Shown piece after piece: positions 43,575 through 53,688 of a stretch of DNA of 64,000 nucleotides. Source of the DNA: Vicinamibacteria bacterium (lineage in GTDB: Bacteria > Acidobacteriota > Vicinamibacteria > Marinacidobacterales > Marinacidobacteraceae); assembly GCA_964291235.2 (NCBI GenBank), contig OZ219815.1, forward strand, positions 160,001-224,000. The letters run 5' to 3'. The position numbers and the translations under genes were made by a program. A model generated the notes under the pieces. The model worked only from the letters and a program-made list of their open reading frames with translations, was not told the DNA's origin and did not search any database. Each line of letters starts with the position of its first letter. Within the stretch, counting starts at the first letter, position 1.

Positions 43575-46502
43575 CTAGAACGAGTAGCGGAGGGCTAGTT
43601 CGAACTGGCGGGAGGGGGCGTTGATGTTCGACGCCAGCGAACCCTCGTTGTCACCGAACCCGCTCGCGCGCAGGTTGCCGCTCGGATTCCCGAAGTTCGC
43701 CCGGTCGAAGGCGTTCAACACCTGGAAGACCAGCTCGACCCCGTGGGTCCCGCTGAGGTAGAAGTTCTTCGAAGCTCGGAAGTCAAAGTTCAGGAAGTTC
43801 GAGCAGGCGAAGTCGGTCACCGGCGTGCGGCCCTGGTCCTGGCGGTAAGCATTCGCCAGACCGAGATCCAGGTTGCGGCATCCGTAGGTGTTCGCCGCAC
43901 TGAAGCCCGGGGCCAGGTCGCCCGAATAGTCGTCACCGTTCAGGTTCGTTCCGGACGTCGCCAAGACAGGCAGCGGCGAGCGGTAGTCCATGATCGTGGA
44001 GACCCGGATGTCGCCCGGCAGCACCAGGATTGCGCTGCTGACCAGCCGGTGGCGGCGGTCGGTGCCGCCCGGATGGGTCACCCGCGTGTATCCGGGGAAA
44101 CGGCTGTCCCAACCCGACGGCTCGATGTTCCGGGTCCAGAATTCCGTCGTGTCGCTCTTCGCCAGCGTGTAGCTGACCAGGAACTGCCAGCCGTCCGCGT
44201 AGCGCTTCTCGAACTTGGCGTAAAACGCCTGGTAGTCGTGATCGAGGAGCGAGTAGGTGGCGTTCACGTTCCGGAACTGGGGCCAGGGGCGCACGCCATC
44301 GATCGCGTAGTTGAGGTTGATATTCCGCATGGCGTCGGCGCGGGTCGCCACCCGGGTCAGGTCGAGCGAGAGCGCCATGTCATCCCGGAACTGATGCGCG
44401 ACGCCCAGGTTGAAGTGGTGGGCGTAGGGCTGTTCGTAGTCGTTATCGAGGACCGTGATGTTGGGCGGCGCCGTGGAGACGAACTCCTCGCGGGAGCGCC
44501 CGCCGAGCGGGTCCAGGAAGTCGGGGTTGTTGATGACGATCGTCTGTCCCTGGTGCCACCAGCGCTCGCCGAAGTTCGTGAGCGTTCGGATGTTCTCGAA
44601 GAACTTGCCGTAGCCGCCCTTGACGGTGGTTCGGCCCGTGTTGTCCCCGGAGAGGTCGTACACGAAACCGATCCGCGGTCCCCAGTTGTTCTTGTCGCCC
44701 CGCGCGTCCGCGCCATCGTGCCACGGGATCGGCAGGGGGAACTGGATGTCCCGGATGTCCTCGTTGATGGGGCCCACCTGGAGGTCGTAGCGGAGCCCGA
44801 GATTCAGGGTAAGACGATCGCTCGTCACGTCGTCCTGGGTGTAGATCGAGAAGTGATGCACCGGGACCCGGTCGAAGCGCGGCTGGGTCTGGCTGTACTG
44901 GATCGGGTGCGTGTCGGGGTTGTTCGGATCGAACGGCTCGTTGGTATCGAAGATGAACCGGCCGTTGTAGCGGCCCGTGCTGTCCGCCTCGAAGTCGATC
45001 CAGTTGTAGTCCACCCCGAACTTGACCTGGTGAGCGCCGCCTGGCCCCTGGGTGAACCAGGTGAAGTCGTCCTTGAACTGCCAGCGGGTCTCGGGACCCA
45101 TCTGGTCGTTGCAGGAACCGGTGCGCAGGTCGGGTCGACGGATTTCCTGATCACAAAGCGCGAGCCGCTCAGCGTTGAAGTCGCCGGCGGCAAAGGATCC
45201 GTGGCTGAACGCGGGACTCACCTCGTACTTCGAAAACGCCCGCTGGAAGCGGAATTCGTTCAGCGAATTGGCGCCGGTTACCGAGGTCACCCCGAAGACT
45301 TCCGCGTTCCGCGGCACCGCGAAGTCGAACCCCTCGGTGGTGATGCCCCTGGCATTCAGGTTGGGCCGGTACTCGTTCTCCCACGCCACCCGCAGCCAGA
45401 TCGAGTGGTCCTCGTTGAGCTGGTGGTTGATCCGGCCGAGCCACATGTAGCGCCACTCGTCCTTCGGGAACGTGCCATCGAATTCCGGGAACACTCCACG
45501 CGTATCGATGTCGTAGAACAGTTCCTCGTTCGTCCGCTCGTAGGCGAAGAAGAAGTGGGTGCGATCCTCGACGATGGGGCCACCGAAGGAACCGCCGAAC
45601 TGGTGCCGGCGGTACTCCGGCTTCTGGAAGCTGGAATCGTTCGCAGCGAACTCCTTCTGCTGGTGGGTCAGCTCGGTGAGCGCCTTGTCGCGGAAGAACC
45701 AGAAGGCGCTTCCCGCGAAGTCGTTGGTTCCCGATTTGGTCACCACCGTCATGAGGCCGCCGGTCGCGAGCCCGTACTCCGCCTTGAAATTGCTGGTCGT
45801 AACCTGGAACTCGCCGATGGCGTCCATCGGGAAGTTCTGCCGCGCCTCGCCCATCTCGGCCCAGGTGTTGTTCACCCCGTCCACGATGAAGGCGTTCGCG
45901 TAGTAGCGGCCGCCGGCGCCCATGTTCACGTTGCCGCGGTAGTAGAAGCCGCGGATCGCGTCCTGACTCGTGCCCGGCGTCAGCAGCGCGAGGTCCACCC
46001 AGCGGCGGGAGGCCACCGGAAGATCCTGGATCTGGAGGTCGGAAACCGAAGTCGAGATGTCCGAACGGCGGGTGTCCAGCAGCGGCGCCGCCCCGGTGAC
46101 GGTGACCGTCTCCTCGACCTGGGCGAGCGCCAGTGACTGGTTCATGACGATCGTCTGCTGAATCGTCAGGATGACTCCGGTGGTCTCCACCGTCTGGAAG
46201 CCGCCGAGTTCGGCCCGGACCGTATAGGTCCCGGGCAGCAGCGCCGGCAGGCGGTAGTCGCCTGTTGCGTCGGAGACGGAACTCCGGGAGACCCCGGTGT
46301 CCTCGTTCACGGCGGTGACAGTGGCGCCAGGCAGGACGGCCCCCGTCGAGTCCATGACCTGGCCCTCGATCTGCCCGTACTGGGCGAGGGCCGGTGTCGC
46401 GAAGAGGAGGGCGACCATCAGCACGGCCGCCCACGAACAGATACAAGCTCTCCAGCACCTCCCATTGGGCACTGTCCTGCTGTATCTCGTCGTGGTGGCC
46501 AT
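43575..46502 (-). CDS. TonB-dependent receptor (Oar-like, N-terminal carboxypeptidase-regulatory-like domain)
   Basis: G.V.DSTGAVLPGATVT, AEYG..TGG...VVTKSGTN, LTLNLGLRYD, PRIGFVYD, terminal LRYSF; AGGAGG before ATG46502. Confidence 0.93.
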   Translation of the reverse strand: MATTTRYSRTVPNGRCWRACICSWAAVLMVALLFATPALAQYGQIEGQVMDSTGAVLPGATVTAVNEDTGVSRSSVSDATGDYRLPALLPGTYTVRAELGGFQTVETTGVILTIQQTIVMNQSLALAQVEETVTVTGAAPLLDTRRSDISTSVSDLQIQDLPVASRRWVDLALLTPGTSQDAIRGFYYRGNVNMGAGGRYYANAFIVDGVNNTWAEMGEARQNFPMDAIGEFQVTTSNFKAEYGLATGGLMTVVTKSGTNDFAGSAFWFFRDKALTELTHQQKEFAANDSSFQKPEYRRHQFGGSFGGPIVEDRTHFFFAYERTNEELFYDIDTRGVFPEFDGTFPKDEWRYMWLGRINHQLNEDHSIWLRVAWENEYRPNLNARGITTEGFDFAVPRNAEVFGVTSVTGANSLNEFRFQRAFSKYEVSPAFSHGSFAAGDFNAERLALCDQEIRRPDLRTGSCNDQMGPETRWQFKDDFTWFTQGPGGAHQVKFGVDYNWIDFEADSTGRYNGRFIFDTNEPFDPNNPDTHPIQYSQTQPRFDRVPVHHFSIYTQDDVTSDRLTLNLGLRYDLQVGPINEDIRDIQFPLPIPWHDGADARGDKNNWGPRIGFVYDLSGDNTGRTTVKGGYGKFFENIRTLTNFGERWWHQGQTIVINNPDFLDPLGGRSREEFVSTAPPNITVLDNDYEQPYAHHFNLGVAHQFRDDMALSLDLTRVATRADAMRNINLNYAIDGVRPWPQFRNVNATYSLLDHDYQAFYAKFEKRYADGWQFLVSYTLAKSDTTEFWTRNIEPSGWDSRFPGYTRVTHPGGTDRRHRLVSSAILVLPGDIRVSTIMDYRSPLPVLATSGTNLNGDDYSGDLAPGFSAANTYGCRNLDLGLANAYRQDQGRTPVTDFACSNFLNFDFRASKNFYLSGTHGVELVFQVLNAFDRANFGNPSGNLRASGFGDNEGSLASNINAPSRQFELALRYSF

Positions 46503-46602
46503 GTTCGGCGGTCCTCCTAAGGGGAATGAAACGACGTGGTGATGCCCGGCCAAGTGACCGCGCGGTTCAGAAAGTGTCAGATCCGTTGATGGTCCTCCGC
46601 TC

Positions 46603-47103
46603 CTAATTGGCCTTGAACATGGCCATGAGGATGGTCTCGCCCCACTCGAAATGGAGCATGCCGTCGTTCCCCTGTCCGCCGAGGACGACCGTGAACTGTT
46701 CGCGGGTCTCACCGCCGTGGGTCATGAGCGGGATCTCGGCGATGTCCATCGAGGCGTCGTGCTCGGTGCCCCACTGGCCGGTCTGGGAGTTCACGAGCAA
46801 CATCCAGCCGTCGCCGCTCTTCTTCGCGAAGAGACTGTAGGAGCCGGCCGCCACCTTGGTCCCGGCAAAGTCGAGGTCGCCGCTGGTGGTCAGCGTGGTG
46901 GAGGCGTCGGCGCCTAGCCTCCAGACCATCCCGTCGGTGGCCTGGCCGAGCATGTCGCGCCCGCTCAGGCTCGGGCGGCCGTACTCGATCGAGACCTTGG
47001 CGTCGCCCACCATGGCCTCGGCGGTGCCTCGGGGGCTCTGGGCGAAGGCCGGGACAGCAAAGAGAAGGGCGGCAAGCGCGCCACCAAGAATTTGGGTTTT
47101 CAT
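46603..47103 (-). CDS. DUF2911 domain protein
   Basis: SPR, IEYGRPS..GR, VWRLGA, AGSYSLF, QWGT; signal peptide. Confidence 0.85.
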   Translation of the reverse strand: MKTQILGGALAALLFAVPAFAQSPRGTAEAMVGDAKVSIEYGRPSLSGRDMLGQATDGMVWRLGADASTTLTTSGDLDFAGTKVAAGSYSLFAKKSGDGWMLLVNSQTGQWGTEHDASMDIAEIPLMTHGGETREQFTVVLGGQGNDGMLHFEWGETILMAMFKAN

Positions 47104-47140
47104 GTCAACTCCGTAGTAGATGAAGAATGAGAGGCAATAA

Positions 47141-47704
47141 TCAAACGCCAACCGGGATTCGCGCGGGAATGGCCTTCGAAGAGGCGCGGCGGCGAATGCC
47201 GATGACCCGGCCCTTTTCGGGCGGTTCCGGCATCCCCTCGAGGCGTCGGGAAATCTCTTCGAGCAGAGCGTAGTACTCGGCGGGCATCACGGCCGACCGG
47301 CGGGTTCGCATGTCCACGTAAACGCCGATGTGTTCGCAGGTCGCGGCGAGCACCGGCTCGCCGCCCGGGGATTCGGGTTCGCCGAACAGACGCAGAAAGG
47401 CGTGCATCAGCTTGTCGCTGAAATCGAGAAGCTGGTAGGTGACGAAGAACGGGCGACCCGGATGCAACTCGTGCTGGTAGGTGACGTGGTCCTCCAGCGC
47501 AAACGTGGACCCGTAGTCGTTGTCGTTGTCCCAGAGTCCGATGCGACTCAGCATGTGCTGCGTGGCCTGATCGAAGGCGCGCCGGTAATAGACGACGTTC
47601 ATGTGCCCGTTCCGGTCGGTCCAGTCGGGGGCGACGGTGCCCTCATAGATGCGGAATCCCCGCTCGGGATCGAGAACGAGGTCGGAAGGCAGGCGGAACG
47701 GCAT
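47141..47704 (-). CDS. Hotdog-fold thioesterase family protein
   Basis: DWTDRNGHMNVVYY, TFALEDHVTY..EL, VDMRTRRS. Confidence 0.8.
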   Translation of the reverse strand: MPFRLPSDLVLDPERGFRIYEGTVAPDWTDRNGHMNVVYYRRAFDQATQHMLSRIGLWDNDNDYGSTFALEDHVTYQHELHPGRPFFVTYQLLDFSDKLMHAFLRLFGEPESPGGEPVLAATCEHIGVYVDMRTRRSAVMPAEYYALLEEISRRLEGMPEPPEKGRVIGIRRRASSKAIPARIPVGV

Positions 47705-47798
47705 CGCAGCCCGGTAGATTACGTGAACGGGGAGCCGGGGCTTCCGGACGGGTCCCATAATGGGACCTGCAGTTCTACGTTTCGTTCGCCGGCGGCGG

Positions 47799-47826
47799 GC
47801 GATGCCGGCCGGAGGCCGGCGCTCCA
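47799..47826. repeat. REP-like palindrome
   Basis: gcgatgccggccggaggccggcgctcca, matching the copies at 43290 and 43494. Confidence 0.7.
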
Positions 47827-47838
47827 GGGAGGATCGCC

Positions 47839-50013
47839 ATGGGCCCATCCGTTCTTTTCTGCCCGCGTGTGCAGCGCTTTGCCGTGCCGATCGCGCTGCT
47901 GGCCTTCGGGTGCGCCCCCGATTGGCCGCCTCCGCCACAAACCCGGGTCGAGGTGGTCACCGACACCATCCACGGAGTCGAGATCCCCGACCCCTACCGG
48001 TGGCTCGAGGATCAGGACAGCCCGGAGACCCGGGCGTGGATCGACGCCCAGAACGCGTACGCAGAGGAGATCGTCTCGGACGAGGCGCTCGAAGCCCGGC
48101 TCGCGGCCCGCCTGACCCAACTCATGGAGGTCGCCTCGGTCTCGGCGCCGCGGGAAGCCGGCGAGTACGAGCTGTTCACCCTGCGGCGGCCGGGAGAACT
48201 CCAGGCGCGCATCTACCGACGCGCGAAGCCCGAGGGCGAACCGACCGGGGAGCGACCCGAACCGGACGGGGACTACGAGCTGCTGCTCGACGCCCAGGCA
48301 CTCGGGTTCGACGACTGGGCGAGCGTCGACATCGTGGACATCTCTCCGGACGGGAAGCTGCTCCTCTACCGGATCCGGGACGGCGGGCTCGACGAAATCA
48401 TGGTGCGCCTCTTCGACCTCGAGACGCTCGAGGATCGGCCCGACCGGCTGCCCGAGGCGCTCTACGGAACCGTCGCCTTCGACGGGGCGGGCGAGGGCTT
48501 CTACTACATCCACCGTTCCCGGGAGGACGGTCCGAGGATCCGTCACCACCGGATCGGTACGGAAATGAGCGAGGACCGGGAGATCTTCGGCGAGGGGTAC
48601 GGCCCGGAGACGTTTCTCCGGGTGGAGGAGATCGAGGGGGGGCGCCTGTTGCTGCTCGGCGTCCAGCACGGCTGGATGCGGAACGACATCTTCGTGATGG
48701 ACCGGGCGAGCGGCGAAGTCCATTCGGTCATCGAGGACGAACGCGCTCACGTCAACGCCCGCTACGAGGAAGGTCGGCTGCTCCTCACGACCGACCTCGA
48801 CGCATCCAACTACCGGGTGGTCGCGGTCCCGACCGAAGGCGTGGATCCGTCCCGCTGGTCGGACCGCTCGCGGTGGACCGACTGGATCCCCGAGCAGGAG
48901 CACCTGCTGCGCGGCTATACGACGATCGGGGAGCGAACCTATGTGGAGCTGCTCGCGAACGTCGCCTCGCGCATCCTGGTCTTCGAGGCGGGGGATGAGG
49001 CGGGCGCGCCGCTCGAGGCGGTGGGCGAGGTTCCCCTGCCCGAGTACCACACCGCCAGCCTGAGCAGGCTGGGCGAGGACGGGGCGATGCTGACCCTCTC
49101 TTCGTTCACCGTCCCGCAGACCCGCTACCGGCTGGATCTGGCGACCTACGAGCGAGAACGCATCGAACCCGCCCGTCCGGAATACGACGGGAGCGACGTC
49201 CTCGTGGAACAGGTCTGGTACACGTCGAAGGACGGGACCGAGGCGCCGATGTACATCATGCGGCCGCGCGGGGTCGAACTCGACGGCAACCTGCCCACCC
49301 TGCTCCACGGCTACGGCGGCTTCAACGTAAGCGTTACCCCCTCCTTCCGGGCGCAGGCGGCGGTCTGGGTGGAAGCCGGAGGCGTCTTCGCGGTGGCGAC
49401 GCTGCGGGGCGGCAGCGAGTTCGGCGAGAGCTGGCACCGGGACGGCATGCTGGAGAACAAGCAAAACGTCTTCGACGACTTCATTTCCTCAGCGGAGTGG
49501 CTGATCGAAAACGGCTACACGAACCCGGAACGGCTCGCGATCATGGGAGGGAGCAACGGCGGCCTGCTGGTGGCCAGCTCCTTCACCCAGCGGCCCGAGC
49601 TCTTCCGCGCGGTGTACTGCGGGTTCCCCGACCTCGACATGGTCCGCTTCTACACCTTCACCCACGCGAACAACATGCCGGCGCTACTGGAATACGGAAA
49701 CGCCGGAATCCCGGAACAGTTCGAGTTCCTGCGGCAGTACTCGCCCTACCAGGCGGTAAGGGACGGGACCGACTACCCCGCGGTGATGTTCACCCAGGGC
49801 GACCTCGACACCCGGGTGCCGCCGCTCCAGGGCCGGAAGATGGCGGCGCGGGTGCAGGCGGCGTCGTCGTCAGGCCTGCCGGTGATCCTCCGCTATCGCC
49901 CGCGGGCCGGGCACGCCGGGGGCCGCAGCCGGGTCCCGGACCGGGCGATGGACACCGCCTTTCTGATGATGCAGCTCGGCATGACCTACGGGGAGGAGTC
50001 CGCCCAGCCTTAG
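47839..50013 (+). CDS. Prolyl oligopeptidase (S9A)
   Basis: DPYRWLED, GYGGF, RGGSEFGE.WH, GGSNGG, DTRV, AGH catalytic triad. Confidence 0.95.
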   Translation: MGPSVLFCPRVQRFAVPIALLAFGCAPDWPPPPQTRVEVVTDTIHGVEIPDPYRWLEDQDSPETRAWIDAQNAYAEEIVSDEALEARLAARLTQLMEVASVSAPREAGEYELFTLRRPGELQARIYRRAKPEGEPTGERPEPDGDYELLLDAQALGFDDWASVDIVDISPDGKLLLYRIRDGGLDEIMVRLFDLETLEDRPDRLPEALYGTVAFDGAGEGFYYIHRSREDGPRIRHHRIGTEMSEDREIFGEGYGPETFLRVEEIEGGRLLLLGVQHGWMRNDIFVMDRASGEVHSVIEDERAHVNARYEEGRLLLTTDLDASNYRVVAVPTEGVDPSRWSDRSRWTDWIPEQEHLLRGYTTIGERTYVELLANVASRILVFEAGDEAGAPLEAVGEVPLPEYHTASLSRLGEDGAMLTLSSFTVPQTRYRLDLATYERERIEPARPEYDGSDVLVEQVWYTSKDGTEAPMYIMRPRGVELDGNLPTLLHGYGGFNVSVTPSFRAQAAVWVEAGGVFAVATLRGGSEFGESWHRDGMLENKQNVFDDFISSAEWLIENGYTNPERLAIMGGSNGGLLVASSFTQRPELFRAVYCGFPDLDMVRFYTFTHANNMPALLEYGNAGIPEQFEFLRQYSPYQAVRDGTDYPAVMFTQGDLDTRVPPLQGRKMAARVQAASSSGLPVILRYRPRAGHAGGRSRVPDRAMDTAFLMMQLGMTYGEESAQP

Positions 50014-50024
50014 AAAACGGTGCG

Positions 50025-51647
50025 TTATCCCAAGGTCGGGGTGAGGGTCGGCGCCCGGCGCTGCTGGGTCGCCTGCTCGTAGGCGTAGGCGATCCGGATC
50101 AGCACCGGCTCACTCCAGGCGCGCCCAAAGAAGGAAACGCCCGCCGGCAACCCTGAGACGAACCCCATGGGCACGCTGATGTCCGGGTAGCCCGCGATGG
50201 CGGCCGGCCCGGCGCTGCTGCCGCCGTCGAGCCGGTCACCCTTGATGTGGTCGGTGACCCAAGGCAGGTCGCGGGTGGGCGCGACGATCGCGTCGAGTTG
50301 GTGCTCGTCCATGAGGGCGTCGATGCCGTCCTCCCGGTTGGCGCGCTGGATGGTCTGCTTCGCGTTCAGGTAGGCCTCGTCGGTCAGCGGGCCGCGGGCC
50401 TCGGACGCGATCATGCGCTGCTGCCCGAAATGGGGCATCTCCAGATCGGCGTTTTGCTCGTTGAACTCGATGATGTCGGCAAGAGTCTTCACCCGGACGT
50501 CGGGCCCCAGGGTTGCCAGATAGGCGTTCAGGTCGGCCTTGAACTCGTACTCGAGGAGGAGCAGGGGAAGTTCGTCGTTCCAGGCAGCCTCGGGCAAGTT
50601 CGCGGGATCCACGACCACCGCTCCCGCGTCGGCCATCGCCTGGATCGCATCCTCGAAGAGCGCCGTGACCCGCGGATCGAAGCCGGTGAAACTGCGCGCC
50701 ACGCCGATGCGCGCTCCCTGGAGGCCTGCCGGATCGCAGAACTGCGCGTAGTCGGTGTGGAAGTTGCCTTCGCTGCGAGAGGTGGCCTCGTCGCGCGGGT
50801 CCACGCCCACGGCTCCCCCCAGCAGGACGGCCGCATCGCGCACGGTGCGCGTCATGGGCCCCGCGGTGTCCTGGGAGTGGGAGATGGGGATGATCCCGGA
50901 GCGGCTCCAGAGGCCCACCGTGGGTTTGATGCCCACGATGCCGTTACTGGACGAGGGACACATGATGGAGCCGCCCGTTTCGGTACCCACCGTCAGAGCG
51001 CACAGGTTGGCGGAGGCCGCCGCCCCCGAGCCGGAACTCGACCCGCACGGGTTGCGGTCGAGGGCGTAGGGGTTCTTGCACTGGCCGCCCCGGGCACTCC
51101 AGCCGCTGGTCGCCCGCTCCCCGCGGAAGTAGGCCCATTCGCTCATGTTGAGCTTGCCCAGGATGATGGCGCCGGCCGCGCGCAGGCGCTCGGCCACGAA
51201 GGAATCCTGCGGCGGGATGGAGCCCTCGAGGGCGAGCGACCCCGCCGTGGTGGTCATCCGGTCGTGGGTGTCGAGGTTGTCCTTGAGCGCGACCGGGATT
51301 CCGTGGAGCGGCCCACGGACGCCTCCGGCGCTGCGCTCCGCGTCGAGTTCGTCAGCGATCTCGAGCGCGTCCGGGTTGATCTCGATCATCGAGCGCAGCT
51401 CGGGACCCTGCCGGTCCAGAGCTTCGATGCGCCCGAGGTACGCCTCCGTGATGGAGCGGGCGGTGTGTTCGCCCGACTCCATCAGGCGCTGGAGGTCGGC
51501 GGCGGTGATCTCATCGAATTCGAACGGCGGGATCTCCTGCGTGGTGGAGGCCGATGGCGCGTCCGAGGCGGACGGGGCACAGGCGAGGTTCGCGGTCAGG
51601 CCGGCGCCGCCGGCTGCGGTTGTCTTCAGGAATGCTCTTCGGTCCAT
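50025..51647 (-). CDS. Tat-exported amidase (amidase signature family)
   Basis: MDRRAFLK leader; GPLHGIPVALKD, GSSSGS, GTETGGSI. Confidence 0.93.
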   Translation of the reverse strand: MDRRAFLKTTAAGGAGLTANLACAPSASDAPSASTTQEIPPFEFDEITAADLQRLMESGEHTARSITEAYLGRIEALDRQGPELRSMIEINPDALEIADELDAERSAGGVRGPLHGIPVALKDNLDTHDRMTTTAGSLALEGSIPPQDSFVAERLRAAGAIILGKLNMSEWAYFRGERATSGWSARGGQCKNPYALDRNPCGSSSGSGAAASANLCALTVGTETGGSIMCPSSSNGIVGIKPTVGLWSRSGIIPISHSQDTAGPMTRTVRDAAVLLGGAVGVDPRDEATSRSEGNFHTDYAQFCDPAGLQGARIGVARSFTGFDPRVTALFEDAIQAMADAGAVVVDPANLPEAAWNDELPLLLLEYEFKADLNAYLATLGPDVRVKTLADIIEFNEQNADLEMPHFGQQRMIASEARGPLTDEAYLNAKQTIQRANREDGIDALMDEHQLDAIVAPTRDLPWVTDHIKGDRLDGGSSAGPAAIAGYPDISVPMGFVSGLPAGVSFFGRAWSEPVLIRIAYAYEQATQQRRAPTLTPTLG

Positions 51648-51676
51648 GGGTGTTCTCCCGTTCGGCGCAGCATATA

Positions 51677-51976
51677 GGTCCGTCCCGTCGCCCCGCTTCG
51701 CGGGGCTGTGCCGGCCTGGAGGCCGGCGTTCCCGTGCCTGGGCGACACCAAGGCTACGGGGATCCACGCCGAGAGGGGAACCATCCTGTCGCTTGGGGGG
51801 TCCGTCCCGCCGCCCGCCTGCGGCGGGCTGTGCCGGCCTGGAGGCCGGCGTTCCCGTGCCTGGGCGACACCAAGGCTACGGGGATCCACGCCGAGAGGGG
51901 AACCGTCTTGGCGCTGGGGGGTCCGTCCCGCCGCCCCGCTTCGCGGGGCTGTGCCGGCCTGGAGGCCGGCGTTCCA
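51677..51976. repeat. Tandem ~121-122-bp REP/BIME-like unit, about 2.5 copies
   Basis: Units start at 51677, 51799 and 51920; each has gccccgc/gcggggc-type and gccggcc/ggccggc hairpins; a partial copy lies at 43381. Confidence 0.9.
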
Positions 51977-52008
51977 AGCCGCCCGGGGCGGTTGGTGTTT
52001 CCCCTGGA

Positions 52009-52881
52009 CTACGCCGTCCAGCCGGCTTCGGGGCGGTCGAACCAGATGTGGACCTGCCCGGTGCCGACGGCGTTCTCGTACTCCGAGAACAGCCGGCCGG
52101 GAGCGGAGCACCCCGCGCCGCCGGCGGCGGCGACCGCCATCAGGTAGTGCCCGAAGCGGCCCTCGGGTGCGAACTGCGCGTAGTCGTCCATCGCCTCGAT
52201 CACGCGGCGGTGGTCGCCGGCCTGCATCCATTCGATCCGTGCTTCGTCGGCGGCGCGGGCCTCCGGCGTGCGGACGTGGACGGGATCGGACGCTTCGTGC
52301 TGCGCGATCACCGGCAGCGGCCAGAACCGGTGGCTCATCCCTCCGGAAGCGAGAAGCACCGTGCGCCGGCCCGTCTCCTCGACCGCTTCGCCGATCGCCC
52401 GGCCCATGGCCAGGAAGTCAGGAGTGGTTCCCGTCTGGCAACTGCTCACCGAGACCACCCGCTCGCCGCGCCAGAGGTAGTGGAGCAGGTTGATCGTCGG
52501 GTAGTGGACGGGTAGATACGGGTCGTCGGAAGCGTGCGCCGGCTGCCCGGCCCGCTTGGCGGCCGCCTCGGCGGCGCGGGCCAGCTCGGGATCCCCCGGA
52601 TAGTCGTAGGGAACTCCGTGCATGCCCCGCGGCAGCTCGTCCGAGGTGTAGCGGCCGTGGCGGCGTTCCTGTGCCGTGAGCAGATGCTCCACGGTGCTTG
52701 CCCAGTGAGTGTCGAAGATGACGAAGGTCTCGGCCTCAAGCTCGTCGAGCACCTCGTTCCGAAGCCGGCGAAGTCCGGGAACGAGGCTGATCTCCTTGCC
52801 CTCGTTCAGTTCCCGCCGCACGTCCTCGGGCAGCATGATGGTCGGGACGTGCGAGAGGAGGCCGAAGCCGACAACCGCCAC
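52009..52881 (-). CDS. LigB-family extradiol dioxygenase (homoprotocatechuate 2,3-dioxygenase HpaD-like)
   Basis: SHVPTIMLP, FDTHW, GDPELA, YPTIN, ASGGMSHRFWP, YENAVGTGQVHIWF. Confidence 0.85.
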   Translation of the reverse strand: MAVVGFGLLSHVPTIMLPEDVRRELNEGKEISLVPGLRRLRNEVLDELEAETFVIFDTHWASTVEHLLTAQERRHGRYTSDELPRGMHGVPYDYPGDPELARAAEAAAKRAGQPAHASDDPYLPVHYPTINLLHYLWRGERVVSVSSCQTGTTPDFLAMGRAIGEAVEETGRRTVLLASGGMSHRFWPLPVIAQHEASDPVHVRTPEARAADEARIEWMQAGDHRRVIEAMDDYAQFAPEGRFGHYLMAVAAAGGAGCSAPGRLFSEYENAVGTGQVHIWFDRPEAGWTA

Positions 52882-52885
52882 GTCG

Positions 52886-53680
52886 CTACTCCCCGCCGGC
52901 CGACAGGCTCTCACCGCCCCGGAAGGTGAATCCGACCCGCCGCCAGCAGCCGCCAAGCATTTCGCGGGGCGCGAGCGACAAAAGCTCCTCGGTGGGCGAA
53001 GGAAAGACGCGAAGGGTGGCGCTTCCGGTGTGGGCGATCCCGAGTTCCACGTCGGCAGAGGCTACCTTGACGATCTCGTGAAGAGCGTCCGAGCCGTCGG
53101 CAGCGACCCCGGGCATCAGGCGGTGATGAAGCATGGGATGGGCGTTCACGAAACCGGTGGACTCCGCCTCGCCGGTGATCGTGAACTCCGCTTCCATGAG
53201 GCGGCGGGAACCGGCGGCCACGGTCGCCCCGAAGCGGCCGCCGGGAGCCAGCGGCGGCCCCGCCCGGCCGATGAGCGCGGGACGCGTCATCCAGATCTCG
53301 CCGAGCTTTTTGGGGTAGCCCTGGAAATGCCCGCGCACCAGCGAAGAGTCACTGTCCACCCAGATGAAGACGCAGCGCGACCAGTCGCGGCCCCGGTAGC
53401 GGCAGCGGACCACCAGCAGACACTCCTTGTACTGGGCGCGCACCGGATCGACCAGTTCGTCGCCCGCCTCGCTGCAGCACTGCCACTCAGCCCAGATGGC
53501 CGCCACCGCATCCGGGCGGTCGGCGACCGGTTCGAGCGGCGAAGGCAGCAGTGCCGCCACCGCGCCGGGCTCGGCGAGGTACTCGATGGTGAGCATCTCG
53601 CCCGAGTAGTACCAGGGGGGCGGCCGGAGCAGCGAGGCACCGCCCGAGGGAGTGCGGGGGAAGAGGAAACCGGTCGTCAT
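52886..53680 (-). CDS. Acetoacetate decarboxylase-like (ADC superfamily, MppR-like) Schiff-base enzyme
   Basis: PPPWYYSG, QYKEC, IWVD, RG..QGYPKKLG catalytic Lys. Confidence 0.85.
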   Translation of the reverse strand: MTTGFLFPRTPSGGASLLRPPPWYYSGEMLTIEYLAEPGAVAALLPSPLEPVADRPDAVAAIWAEWQCCSEAGDELVDPVRAQYKECLLVVRCRYRGRDWSRCVFIWVDSDSSLVRGHFQGYPKKLGEIWMTRPALIGRAGPPLAPGGRFGATVAAGSRRLMEAEFTITGEAESTGFVNAHPMLHHRLMPGVAADGSDALHEIVKVASADVELGIAHTGSATLRVFPSPTEELLSLAPREMLGGCWRRVGFTFRGGESLSAGGE

Positions 53681-53688
53681 CCTGTGGT

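Noticed and set aside
43743-46136. 797-aa plus-strand ORF and similar long antisense ORFs (8119-9933, 21783-23735, 40105-42243, 47719-49464, 56954-58600)
   Set aside because: Each mirrors a well-supported gene on the opposite strand and lacks family motifs
51648-51767. N-terminal extension of the amidase, and ORFs crossing the repeats at 43.3-43.5 kb and 51.7-52.0 kb
   Set aside because: These are translations of the REP-like repeat; the Tat leader starts at ATG51647
51677-51976. Possible CRISPR array
   Set aside because: Whole ~121-bp units repeat, with no unique spacers of regular length and no cas genes
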